A program made the translations under genes and the position numbers. Under the pieces are notes generated by a model that saw only the letters and a program-made list of their open reading frames with translations, searched no databases and was not told the DNA's origin. This document shows, piece by piece, positions 1-12,100 of a stretch of 64,000 nt of DNA. The stretch lies in assembly GCA_964187785.1 (NCBI GenBank), contig OZ076409.1:95854001-95918000 (forward strand), given 5' to 3'. Position 1 is the first letter of the stretch. The number at the start of each line of letters is the position of its first letter. Source of the DNA: Amphiscolops sp. MND2022 (Eukaryota).

Positions 1-263
1 GGAAGAAAACCTGTTTCGAAAAATAGCCTATAAGAGGACAGACTAACATTTTTGTTTTCGATTTGTGAAAATCCTTTTTAACTACGAAGAAAGTCTACCT
101 CACGCCTTTTTACTGAATCCTTATATTTCTACTGCTCTCATCTTTTAGTAAATATGAGGCATAGTTTGGATTGTTTGTATTCACTTGTTTCACATACTAT
201 GACTATGTGTACTACTACTATTTTAGTTCAATTCTAACACTTTTAATCCGACGATCTTAAATA

Positions 264-1010
264 CAGTGGGGTCCGCCTAATTCGACATTCTGGGGATAAG
301 CGAAATATGTCGAATTATCCGATGTGCCGAATTATCCAATTCCGCTCAAAAATGAATAAAAACAATTTTTAACCCGGAAATTCAATTTTTCAAAGAAAAT
401 CAAACAACAGATCTATAAAAATCAGTCACTCTCGATTGTTTTTGGTGCTCTTGGCGCATTTTGTCCAACTTCTCACCTACACGTTGACAGAGTTCGATGC
501 ATTCTGTGTCAGTCGAGTTTTGTAAAAAGAACCTTGTCAAAGATTCTAGAAATTCTTTTGCCTCTTTGTAAGATACTAATACCACGGGCGCACCTTGATC
601 ATCATCTGGTTCTTGGTATTGATTTAAATGTATTGTTTTTGCAGAATGTAATGCTGTGATAACCATGGGCCGTGATCTATTTTTACGGTGATGATCTGGG
701 TGGGCAAGCGATCTGCTGTGAAGATGCTGGCTGTGTCATACCCTGGCTACAGTCTTTTGAGCCCTGCTGCCAATAGCCACTGTAAATACTGTGTAGCCAA
801 ACTACTGCAGCAATTCAACATCCACTCATACCGTGTTTTATCAAGGTACGTCAACGGGATACCCTCGTTTTGATTTTCAACCAACTCAACTGATTTTCAA
901 TGTGGCCAGACCAGACCGCCTTTTTCTAACCAAAATGTAGTTTCTTTTGTTTTCTCTTCGCATCTTGTATCAAATTCCATTTCTTTGGAGTGGGAGAGTT
1001 CAATTTGATG
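264..1010 (-). mobile_element. Tigger/pogo-family DNA transposon 3' remnant
   Basis: TA|CAGTGG...CCGCCTAATTCG terminus; ORF 400-666 ends EAKEFLESL...KQSRVTDFY, typical of Tigger/Jerky transposase C-termini; right boundary approximate. Confidence 0.65.
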
Positions 1011-2183
1011 CTTCATTTTAGATTTGCGATTCAGCGAATTACCGGACGTCCGGAATTTTTCAGCGATTTAAATTAGTGGCAATTAACAGATGGTCGCAAT
1101 TCAGAATTCCTCTGAGTAAACACGGAGTTTCAAGTTGAATTTCGAAAAAAAACTCCAACTCCTACCGTCATAAAATCCACACAGTATGAAAAATTCTTTT
1201 TTCTTGCAAAAACTGAATTAAGTTATCAAAGAATTTTACAAATTACTTGAGGTCGAACATTTAATAGTTCAAAGAAAAAGTTTTTCATTGAAATAGCGCT
1301 TTCAAAATTAGCGGATGCAGATAAAAGTCGTTTTCCTAGTAATTAGTGTTCTTTTCTTCAAATCAGAGGTCCAACTTGGACACTGTAAGTGGAATGTTCT
1401 ATCCTAAAAATGGCTTCTCTAAAATGCCAACGGTAGATTATACATATTTTTCTTTTCTGAATGGTGAAAAATTATCAATCAATATTTTTTCAGTCCAATT
1501 TAAAACTAAGATCCTCAATTAGAACGTTATTTAAAAGCTTGAAAGAAAATGAGATAAAGTATGTAAAAACACTTTTATCGTTTTGGCCATTTGTTTTTTT
1601 TCGAAACGGCAAACTACAAGCGCCCTTGAGGCTCGAAAAGCAGCAAAGTTTTTAAATATTCTCGAGGACAATTATTGAGAAAATGGTGTCGAGCAAAACA
1701 CCAAGAACCCTTGGGACTCAAAAAACGCTCTTCCGCACCTGAAAACATCGAAAATCCCATTGTTCTAAAAACATCATTTTCGGAAAAAAGTCGCCAAGTG
1801 TCCGAAAACCTTTTGACCTAGTATAGCTATGCAAACATGAAATTGTTGAACCTGTGTGGGGTTTGCCCCCCCCCCCACTACCTGATGTGTGGAATTCCGG
1901 GGCCGAGGCAGTAAACTACTGGACCAAAGTGCTGCCGAGTACTTCAGTTCTTTTATTATAATGAAAGCCTATAAATCTGTCTGTTAGCGTGTCTCTTTAA
2001 AATACTCACGACTAAAGTTGTCGGATATTGGCTTCACACCATTCGCAATATTTGTGTTTTAAATTGAGCGTTTGTTGAGACAACCAACAGCTTCTATTCT
2101 TTGTCATCAACTTTTTAATTCCATTTTCTCCATCAATGTACTTATGAAATTGCGGGGTTATCTGGTTCAGACAGGGTTATCAT

Positions 2184-2615
2184 CAGTGAATTAGGTCGCT
2201 TGTAGCGAAAGCGCAAGAAAAGCGAAAGCGACGTAATATTCGGATAAGCGCCGACAGCGAAAGCGACGACTGAAATTTACGCTTATCTAATTGGTCAGAA
2301 ATTATAGCTATTTTGGTTACAAAAAGTGCCCAACTCTAACAGTGGCAACAGTGGCAAGTTTTTTTCGTACTGAGAATTTCACCCGACACTAGTACAATAG
2401 AAAAATTTGTCTCTGGTGGTGGTAGTTTGTTGAGATAAGGAAGTAACCGATCGAAATTTTCAAAAGTTCGTAATGTTTTTCAAAAATTGCAGCTTTTGAG
2501 AACCAGAATTCGCTGAGCCAGCGTTTTCTTCCAAAAAGCGCCGCTTAAGCGTAAGCGTGCCAGTCATAAGCGCAACAAGCGATAAGCGCGTTTTTTGGGA
2601 AAACCTACTTCACTG
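2184..2615. mobile_element. hAT-like MITE
   Basis: TIR CAGTGAATTAGGT / ACCTACTTCACTG; perfect 8-bp TSD GTTATCAT. Confidence 0.85.
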
Positions 2616-2988
2616 GTTATCATTCGAAATATTGTATTCAGATGTTCGCAAAGATTATTGTTGCGAAATGATCTTAAAGTGAAGTGTTTCTAAGAGTTTA
2701 GGTTTCTATAAAGTGGTTCACATGTCTCAATTTCTTTTCTTAGGAAACTTATTTGGTTGATGGAATAGTGAGCTTCGATGTTTATTTATACTCCTTTCTG
2801 ATTTTCATTCTTATCCAATGAATCAAAATAGGTTTCACACGGAAAAAATGTTGGTTCTCAGCGCGAAAACTTGAACGTCGAGGGGAAAAGCTAGTTTTTT
2901 GTTCTTTTGACGTTTGTTAGTTTTACATAACCCAAAACGTAATTTTATATCGTCAATAAATAACTTCTACTCTTTTCGTTTACCCCAG

Positions 2989-3109
2989 AGCGTACTTCAA
3001 GCGTTGTTTCAGTTTCTCGAGCCACACAGACTACTATGCCATTCTGGGAGTATCCAAATCGGCCTCTGCAGATGAAATCAAAGCCGCCTTTGTCAAACAA
3101 AGCAAAATG
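2989..3109 (+). CDS. Paralog 1 exon: J-domain helices I-II
   Basis: ccccag|A...ATG|gtaact; DYYAILGVSKSASADEIKAAFVKQSK. Confidence 0.85.
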
Positions 3110-6100
3110 GTAACTATTTGTTTAGCGTTTTAGCACGCGAAACGTGACATTTTTGGTCGGCGCCTTTTCCTTTACATACAATGCTTGACGAGACCAAAGG
3201 GTCCCCCCTTTCAGTTTTTTTTCGGCATTGCGAGACTTCGGAAAAAAAATTCCCAAAAGGGTCACCCCTTCAATTTTTTGAGTTTTGCGACAGACTGGGT
3301 ATAGAAAAATCCCAAAGGGTCCCCCCTTTCAATTTTTTTCGGCGTTGTGAGACTTTTTTCTAAAAAATTTTTTAGTGCTGTAGAAGAGAATACTTTGAAA
3401 CTTTGATGTCCTTTTGCTATTTTTGAGCCTTGGATATGGCGCCGACTTGGGCCGGTCCCGGCTTGTTAACTATTGTTTTGACTTCTTCGTTGATGTGGCA
3501 TTGAAACTATCCAACACTAACATTCGCTTATTGAACGAAAAGCTGCCGTATATCTCCTTAATCCACTGCAGAGTCAGTGCGTCATTTATCCATCCGTTTT
3601 TGAGCACACCACTTTGACCCCCTTATAGTTTACAGTTTTCGGATTTTTTGCAGCAGGTATGACGACAAACGGGGGTAATTTTGTGCAGTCACCCCTGACT
3701 GCTGGGCAAACTGTGATCCTCTGTTTTTCGTGGCCAGTGGTTTTGATAGGCACTTTTTGCACCAACAGATTCAATGGTTGTAGCAGATGGCATATCAGCC
3801 CAAATAGGGGTTTCATCCATATTTATGATCATTCCAGGCTTGAGATCGAATTTTTGGACTTGCTCGGCACAGTAGTTAATAAAATTGGAGCTTTTGTCTC
3901 CATCTTCTAACTTGAGACTTGTCATGTACTCCATGACCTAAACAGAAGAACATAATTGAGAATAAATTCCTGAAGTTTCGAATTGATGACATTTAAACTC
4001 CAAAACTATTTGACATTTAAATAATCATCCACCTTCAAACTTTGAGCTAATTGTTTACTTAAATTATAATCATCCAAAGAGAATATTATTGAAGACAGAA
4101 GAGAGACTAACTCGAATATTGAACAGTCGTTTTTCGATAGAATAAAACATCCGATGTTGATTGTGATCCACGCATTAGAAGAAGATCGCTCGTCCTCTTG
4201 ATCCAAATAGAAATCGTGATTCCAAAACAATATGTCTGGAAGGAGGATATATTAGTCCTGTATTGCGACTTTGCTTTTTGACAGTCCTCTTGAAGCCCTA
4301 TCAGTTTGCGAAACTAATATTATTTCATTGCCTAGTCCTGAACAAGCAACCAATTTGGGTTATGGTATTTGGCTCATTACATCAGCTTCAACCGATTTCA
4401 TTTTCCGTGAATCATCTTCAGTATCATCATCAACAAAATCACTTTCCGGTTGTCAAATATGTATCATTACATTGGAGTGCGGTATGACTATTCGCACGAG
4501 TAATATTAAAATAAGATCAGACTTATTAAGCTGTTCTCAAATTCCAGCAATTAAATTGAGATTATCATTGCCTGATCCTTTACAATCATTGATCATGGAA
4601 ATTCCTCCTCTTGAGGATCTGCCTCTTTTCACCACGAAAGCAGAAGCAGGAGCAAACTTCTTAGGCACTGTACGAAAAGAACTGATAAGCAGCCCCCCAG
4701 TTCGCCAAGTCAACCAATTGGTGGACATCGCACGTCCTTTTGCAAATAACATGAAACTTATGAAACCATCCTTGACTCGCGAATTCAATCAGTATGTTCC
4801 ATTCAAAGTTTCCTTGACTTTATTTATTGTTGTTTTGTTAGTGTCAACTGCCCTTCATTTTCTTTTCATGTACCTTTACCACCGCTTTCATATAAATGAT
4901 CGTCTTAAGAAACTGCTTGGCAAATTCAATGCTGAACCGGAAGTTCGTCCTCAACCACCGCCTGAATATTTGACGGACGCTACTAATAAAGCGTCGAGTA
5001 ATTCTTCTAATCACCCCGTATTATTAGCAAAACATGATCGTCAGTGTGATACTTCATCAATGTGATCTGTCCCGGTTGATATCAATGATCATAACCAGCA
5101 TGAAACTTCCACTTGCTTGACTTGACGAACTGTTTTCAAAATGACATGTTGCCACATTACCTCTCCTATCATTATCTATTTTCTCATAAAACTCATTTCA
5201 ATCATATATTTCTTGCAGTATCATGTAAAATACAAAAGTAGTAAAATTCTGGCTCAACAACTCCTGGACTGGACAGCATGCAACTTCTTTGATGACAACA
5301 ATTTCTTTCTGGGCCAACTTGGATCTTGTGCTGGCTTTACATTCAATATTCATTGGATTTGGAACTATATGGGATTACTCAACTTTGGGTCTGTCGCATA
5401 CAACCTGTACTCTTTCTCCAACCAGATGATGGCTTCTTCTAGACGCCGGAAGTGTTTTCAAGGGAGGAAGTGTCATGTACTCCATGACCTAAACAGAAGA
5501 ACATAATTGAGAATAAATTCCTGAAGTTCCGAATTGATGACATTCAAACTCCAAAACTATTTGACATTTAAATAATCTTTTCGATAAAGTAGTCTTTTCG
5601 ATAGAATAAAACATCCGATGTTGATTGTGATCCACGCATTAGAAGAAGATCGCTCGTCCTCTTGATCCAAATAGAAATCGTGATTCCAAAACAATATGTC
5701 TGAAAGGAGGATATATTAGTAGACTCGTCCACATTGAATTTCCTGCCTGCATCACGATTGTTATTTTCCTCCGGGAAAATTGATGACTTTTAGCTTAAAG
5801 TTAATATCGTAAGATTTTTTCGTATGTTTTGCACTCATTGTCCAAACTGGAATGATAAAGTCCGCGCTGGATTTCTCAGAAACGAGAATGTTTCTGAGAA
5901 ATGTATTTCTCAGAAATGAGAATGTTTCTGAGAACATTGGTTTCTTGGAAAATTAAATAAATTTCGGTGAAATATTTAAAGAGCCGCCTTCGAATCAAAG
6001 CCGCGGAAAAAAGTCGTCGAAAAAAATAAGAGCCGCGGCTTTTAATTGAGAAAATACATTATTACAGTGGCAAGTTTTGTTTTTCTTTTTTTTTCGTCAG

Positions 6101-9100
6101 ACAACAGAATGTATGCGTAGTGGACACTTTTTCTACAGAACTACTAAACTACTGGACCGGTAAGCGGAAATGCATCTAAGGTAGTGCAAAGGGTCTCCTT
6201 TTCATTTTTTACTTTTTTAACGTAAGATACAAAACCGGACGGGACTATAGTGTCCCCCCTTTGAATTTTATTCGGCACTGTGCAACTTTTTTCGATTTTT
6301 TTGTCTCCAAAGTGTCCCCCCTTAATGTTTTTGATATTTTGCAACAAACTTGATTTTCCAAAAGCCCAAAGGGTCTCTCCTTTTTACAATTTTGAATACT
6401 TAGCGCTTTTTGAGCCTTAGATATGGCGCCGACTTTAGACATTCCCGTCTTGTTGTTGATTCATCCTCAGTAAAGCTAACTTAAGATACAGTAATCAAGC
6501 CTAACCACCTGTTACCCCAATTGTGTAGTCTGCATGTCCACCAAGATGAAGTATACAGCTCGTGCGTCACACGATGTTTGCCCAAAGCCCCGCAAAAAAT
6601 GATTTTGTTATTTTTTACGATTTCAGAAAACAAGCCGGGAACGGCATAAGTCGGCTCCATACCTGAGGCTCAAAAATAGTACAAGGACTTTAAAGTGTCA
6701 ACTGTTAGTTGAAAGTATCACAAAAGCCGGAAAAAAATTCGAAAGTTTCACTGTGCCGAAAAAAACTGAAAGGACCCTTTGGGATTTTTCAACATCCATT
6801 CTGTCGCCAAGCATAAAAAATTGAGGGGGGAAAATTTTTATTTTCGGAAAATCTCACAATGCCGAAAAAACCGAAAGAGGGGACCCTTTGGGATTTTTCA
6901 ACATCCATTCTGTCGCAAAACATCAAAAAATTGAGGGGGAAAATTTTTATGTTCGGAAAATCTCACAATGCCGAAAAAAACCGAAAGGGGGACCCTTTGG
7001 GGTTTTTCAACATCCATTCTGTCGCAAAACATCAAAAAATTGAGGGGGAAAAATTTTTATTTTCGGAAAATCTCACAATGCCGAAAAAAACGAAAAACAT
7101 TTAAAAATTTTTCGAAAAGCCTCACAATGCCGAAAAAAGACTGAAAAGGGATCCTTCAGTCTCGCCCGGTATTGTATGTTACGCTGAAAAATAGGAACAA
7201 CTTTTTATAGTTCAGTTGGCCCCTTAAAATTTCGTAGAACTTTGTAGAATTATTTCGATCAGTTCGTGTGAATTGAAAAAGAAGTCACTATTATAGTCGC
7301 GTTCCACTTCATGAAGCACCTACTGAAAATGCCTTTGTAGTTCTGATCAAACTCGAGCTCGTGGAACTTTTTAGTCAAATGCAAAAGAAATTTATTCAAA
7401 TTTAGGCATTTTTTCTAATTTAGTCAAATGCAAAATATTCAAAGAAATGAAGCTCTTTCAAATTTTTAGCCGCCAATATTGTTACCATAGTGTAAAAAAA
7501 TTTTGCCACCATAGTGTATTTTGAATGACTATGTACAAGCGCCCTTGTCCTCCATTTCAGCTTCACCCAGACAAAAACCCGAGCAACAAGTCGCACTCGC
7601 AGTTCGTTAAACTCAACGAGGCCTATTCCACCTTGAAGTCTCCCGACTCCAGGAGACACTACGACATTCAGATGGGCTTCGGGGCAGGGGGCGGCGGGGG
7701 GTTCCCCTATGGGGGATACCAAAACCCCTCCTCTTCCGCCTCTGGACCCCTCTACTACGAGTATTACAACCACCAGACTGGTCAGAGGGAATGGTTAGTA
7801 CTCTGAATAGATTTTTATTTTATCAAGAGGGAACATGGTGTAAGGTGGTTTCGGAGACGTCTTTTGTGTTTTTTTTTAATTTGAACATATCATGTAGTTA
7901 TTGCGGAAGACAACTTTTTTAGTCGGCGCTTTTCGTAGAAAACGCAGACTATAGCAGTGACTTTTCTTTAGACCAACGAACTGACAGATTTTGTAAGCTG
8001 ACTTGCACTAACACTAAACTGTGCCACACTACTTCTATTGGCACTTGACATAGAGGTTAATTAGGCTTTTTTGAGGTCTGCCAAGCAGAAGGACATGGGT
8101 TCGAGTCCCGCCCTTGACCAAAATTTTTTGTGCAGGTTATTTCGGCTTTGTGAGACTATTTTTCGCATTTTTTTAAATTTCTCCAAAGGGCCCACCCTTC
8201 AATTTTTTTCTATTTTGCAAATGAATGGATGTTCAAAAACTCCCAGAGGGCCCCCTTTTACATTTTTCGGCACTATGCGACTTACCGGAGACCCAAAAAA
8301 ATTTCGGAAATTTTTCTCCAATTTTTTCCTAATGTTCCCGGCTTGTTGGTATCGTTGCGGTTTTAGTAATTTCACGAGAAGCACATTTGATTGCTGTTTT
8401 TCTCCCGTTGAGTTTTTGACCAAAATTGGAATAGAGTTGGTCGAGAATTCGAACCAATACGCCATCACAGCTTTAAGGAGGCTATAAACCAAATATCGTT
8501 TTAAGAGGCAGTGAGCGCTCTAAATTTGAACATAAAGTTTTCAATTTTTTAACTAGTTAGGTTCTATTGAGTTGGAAAAGAATCTAAGGGTTTTCAAAAG
8601 TTCAGTGAATGTTGATAAACGAATCATAAGCATGTTTTTTAAACATTTCTGCGTTAGCTGAATTGTCATAGAAGCCGTTAGTTTTTTCCAGACTTATATC
8701 ATCCCATTTTGGTCGTCAATTCTGGTAGCAGCGAGGCAGTGCTATTCCAAGTCTTTAACTAGTGTATTCAATTCTCGTAGCAGCGAGGCAGTGCTACTCC
8801 AAGTCTTTAACTAGTGTATTCAATTCTCGTAGCAGCGAGGCAGCGCTTTCATTGAGATTAATTAATGAACTAGTTATAATTATCGCTCGAAGAAAAAGTG
8901 TTGATGGTAGCCTTTGCGTTCAGGTCCTCGTACCGGCGCCACCCTCGTCGGGGAGAGGAAAATTTTCGACAAAACTTTGACAGAAGGGACAGCAAGCAAT
9001 GGGGAGGATTTTCGATGGATCAAGAAGTTTACAGAGGGGGCTCATCCGATTTTAGTCGTCACATTGTCTCCACCTACCTCACCATGTTCCTTCTCCTCTT

Positions 9101-12100
9101 TGTATTAACCATGTGAGTTAATTAACCTCCTAACTAGTAGTTATAACTAGTTATAACCTTCCTTACCAGGCGGGACACGAGAGAGGCCAAGAGCACGGCA
9201 CCTCCAAGGCAGCACAGATGACTGAAATTCACGGGGCATATTATTCAATGTAATAAAGGGAAACAAGCCGGGAACGGCCCAAGTCGGCGCCATATCTAAG
9301 GCTCAAAAAGACTCGAAAACCACTTTTTCTACAACTGGAGACAACAAAAGCTCTCAAAAAACTAAAAATTGAGAAAAAAAATTTCCTTTGAAATTTTTTT
9401 TCGAAGTTTCCGGTAAGTCGCATAGTGCCGAAAATGTAAAAGGCGGGACGCTTTTTCTCATGTTAGACGCTTTGGATGCCTTGAAAATGAAGTATTAAGT
9501 ACATATGGTAAAAGTTGGTGAATGTGCATTAATTGGATTAATGCACAAAAAGTGGACGTTACGCGTTGAACTGACGAAAAAAAAACAAAACTAGCCACTG
9601 TAAGAGTCGGGATTTTCTTCGAAAACGCCGACTAAAAAATCAGCACCAAATTGAATCTTTTTCCATAAAAATTTGACCTCAGAGGATTACGAAATTGAAC
9701 ATGTACTTAAGAGTCGAAAAAATTTTCGACTACTTGTGCAATCGTACATTTTTTCTCCTGACTTTTAAATGAAAATTTCAAATTTCTCAAAAACTGCCCA
9801 CGCGAGTTTCATAAAATTTAGCACATTCATTCTACACCCAAAGGTGCTCCTGCGTGCGCAATGACATCAAAATCGCATGACTGGGATCTGAGAAACACCA
9901 GCTATTTTTGCATTTTTTTTTGATTTTCTCGAAAACTGTCAATACGATTCGAACAAGATTTCTTTTTGGAGAAAATAAGCCAAAAGTATCGCAACCTTTT
10001 GCTCCGTGAAGTCACTTTTTTCCAATGGTGATGCCGATTTTTTAGTCGGCGCTTTCCTGAAAAGAGCCGACTATAGTCATGGCTTTTCGTCAGTGTTTTT
10101 TGAGACCACCTGCAGTGACCAAAGTAGTCCTACCAAAAGTTCTACAAAGTTTCAAATTTCACCTGACATTACCGGGCGAGACTAAAGGGTCCGCTTTCAA
10201 TTTTTTTGGCATTGTGCGAATTTTTTTCGATATTTTTTCCACCAAAGGGTCCCCTTTCAATTTTTTTTCGAGTTTTGCGACAAAATGGATGTTGAAAAAT
10301 CCCAAAGGGCCCTCCCTTTCGGTTTTTACGGCATTGTGCGACTTGTTTTCGATTTTTTTTTTCCACCAAAGGGTCCCCTTTCAATTTTTTTGAGTTTTGC
10401 GACAAAATGGATGTTGAAAAATCCCAAAGGGCCCTTCCTTTCAGTTGTTTTCGGCATTGTGCGACTTTTTTCGAATTTTTTTCCACCAAAGGGTCCCCTT
10501 TCAATTTTTTTCGAGTTTTGCGACAAAATGGATTTTGAAAAATTCCAAAGGGTCCTCCCTTTCAGTTGTTTTTGGCATTGTGCGACTTTTTTCGAAATTT
10601 TTTTCCACCAAAGGGTCCTCTTTCAATTTTTTTTCGAGTTTTGCGACAAAATGGATGTTGAAAAATCCCAAAGGGCCCTTCCTTTCAGTTGTTTTCGGCA
10701 TTGTGCGACTTTTTTCGATTTTTTTTTCCACCAAAGGGTCCCCTTTCAATTTTTTTCGAGTTTTGCGACAAAATGGATTTTGAAAAATTCCAAAGGGTCC
10801 TCCCTTTCAGTTGTTTTTGGCATTGTGCGACTTTTTTCGAAATTTTTTTCCACCAAAGGGTCCTCTTTCAATTTTTTTTCGAGTTTTGCGACAAAATGGA
10901 TGTTGAAAAATCCCAAAGGGCCACCCTTTCAGTTTTTTTCGGCATTGTGCGACTTTTTTCGAATTTTTTTCCACCAAAGGGTCCCCTTTCAATTTCTTTT
11001 CGAGTTTTGCGACAAAATGGATGTTGAAAAATCCCAAAGGGTCCTCCCTTTCAGTTGTTTTTGGCATTGTGCGACTTTTTCCGAATTTTTTTCCACCAAA
11101 GGGTCCCCTTTCAACTTTTTTCGAGTTATGCGACAAAATGGATTTTGAAAAATCCCAAAGGGTCTTCCCTTTTAGTTGTTTTTGGCATTGTGCGACTTTT
11201 TTTCGAAATTTTTTTTTCCACCAAAGGGCCCCCTTTCAATTTTTTTCGAGTTTTGCGACAAAATGGATGTTGAAAAATCCCAAAGGGCCCTCCCTTTCCG
11301 TTGTTTTCGGCATTGTTAGACTTTTTTTCATTTTTTTTGTAAAAGGGCCCCAATTCACCAAAACTTTGACATTTTGAAGTCATTTTGAGCCTTAGATTTG
11401 GCGCCGACTTGGGGCGGTCCCGGCTTGTTTTTACGTGACACCAATTTGTGGCGTGTTTTGCGTGGGTTTGAGTCATCTTTGCCGCCCTCCCGCCAGGCCG
11501 TCAGAGGAAGAGGTGAAGAAAGGCAACAGAGTCATTCTGGGACTGATGCTGGCCATCGTCGTGTGTTACGGCATCGCCCGCTTCCAGTTGGCCAAGTTCT
11601 TCCACATTCAGTATGCCATGCAAAACCAAGACAGAGAGTCCAGGTCTAATCCAACATTCATTATAGGAGCAGTTTTGGTATCTCTGAAATATTACGTTCC
11701 GAACGTATCCTAATCTAAAGTTTTGGGAGTAAGAAATTGGGAGAACTTTATTTGCATTCTCGCGCGGGGAAAGTATAGAGTTCACATTTTGAACATTCAT
11801 TATGAGAGGAGAATTTTTCGGCATCGCGTTCCAAAGGTGTCGTAATCTTTGGAAAGTTTGTAGGGGTACTTTTTCGCTTTCTTTCTTTAATAGGATTATA
11901 GGATTTGTCAAGAATGTAAGTTTATGAACTTCACTTTTGAGTTTTTGCTTGAGTCAACTTTAAGCGGTGATTGTTGAGAAACCAATAATTGAGACAGTGT
12001 TGTGAAGTTAAAAACCGTAATGCAAATTTGTAGTTGTTGTGAGTCATTGACTTTTCCATTACAATCTTCCTAATGTTGTCTTAATGTTTCTTAACATAAA

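Larger units (their letters stand above)
3468..6058 (-). mobile_element. pogo-family (DDE_1) transposon fragment split by an LTR element
   Basis: IINMDETPIW...KTTGHEKQRITVC; near-identical to 44510-45515; 5' part resumes at 5721. Confidence 0.85.

Noticed and set aside
2642..2831. First coding exon of paralog 1
   Set aside because: Several phase-compatible candidates (ATG 2668 with AA|gtgaag; ATG 2818 with AG|gtttca) cannot be distinguished without transcript data.
10230..11330. CRISPR-like periodicity
   Set aside because: Whole units repeat with no unique spacers; eukaryotic context; no cas genes.
10079..11476. Many overlapping ORFs, including the 287-aa ORF at 10285-11148
   Set aside because: Periodic F/K-rich readings of the ~122-bp HINE repeat, open on both strands. 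The same applies at 41.2-43.1 kb and 6.1-7.1 kb.
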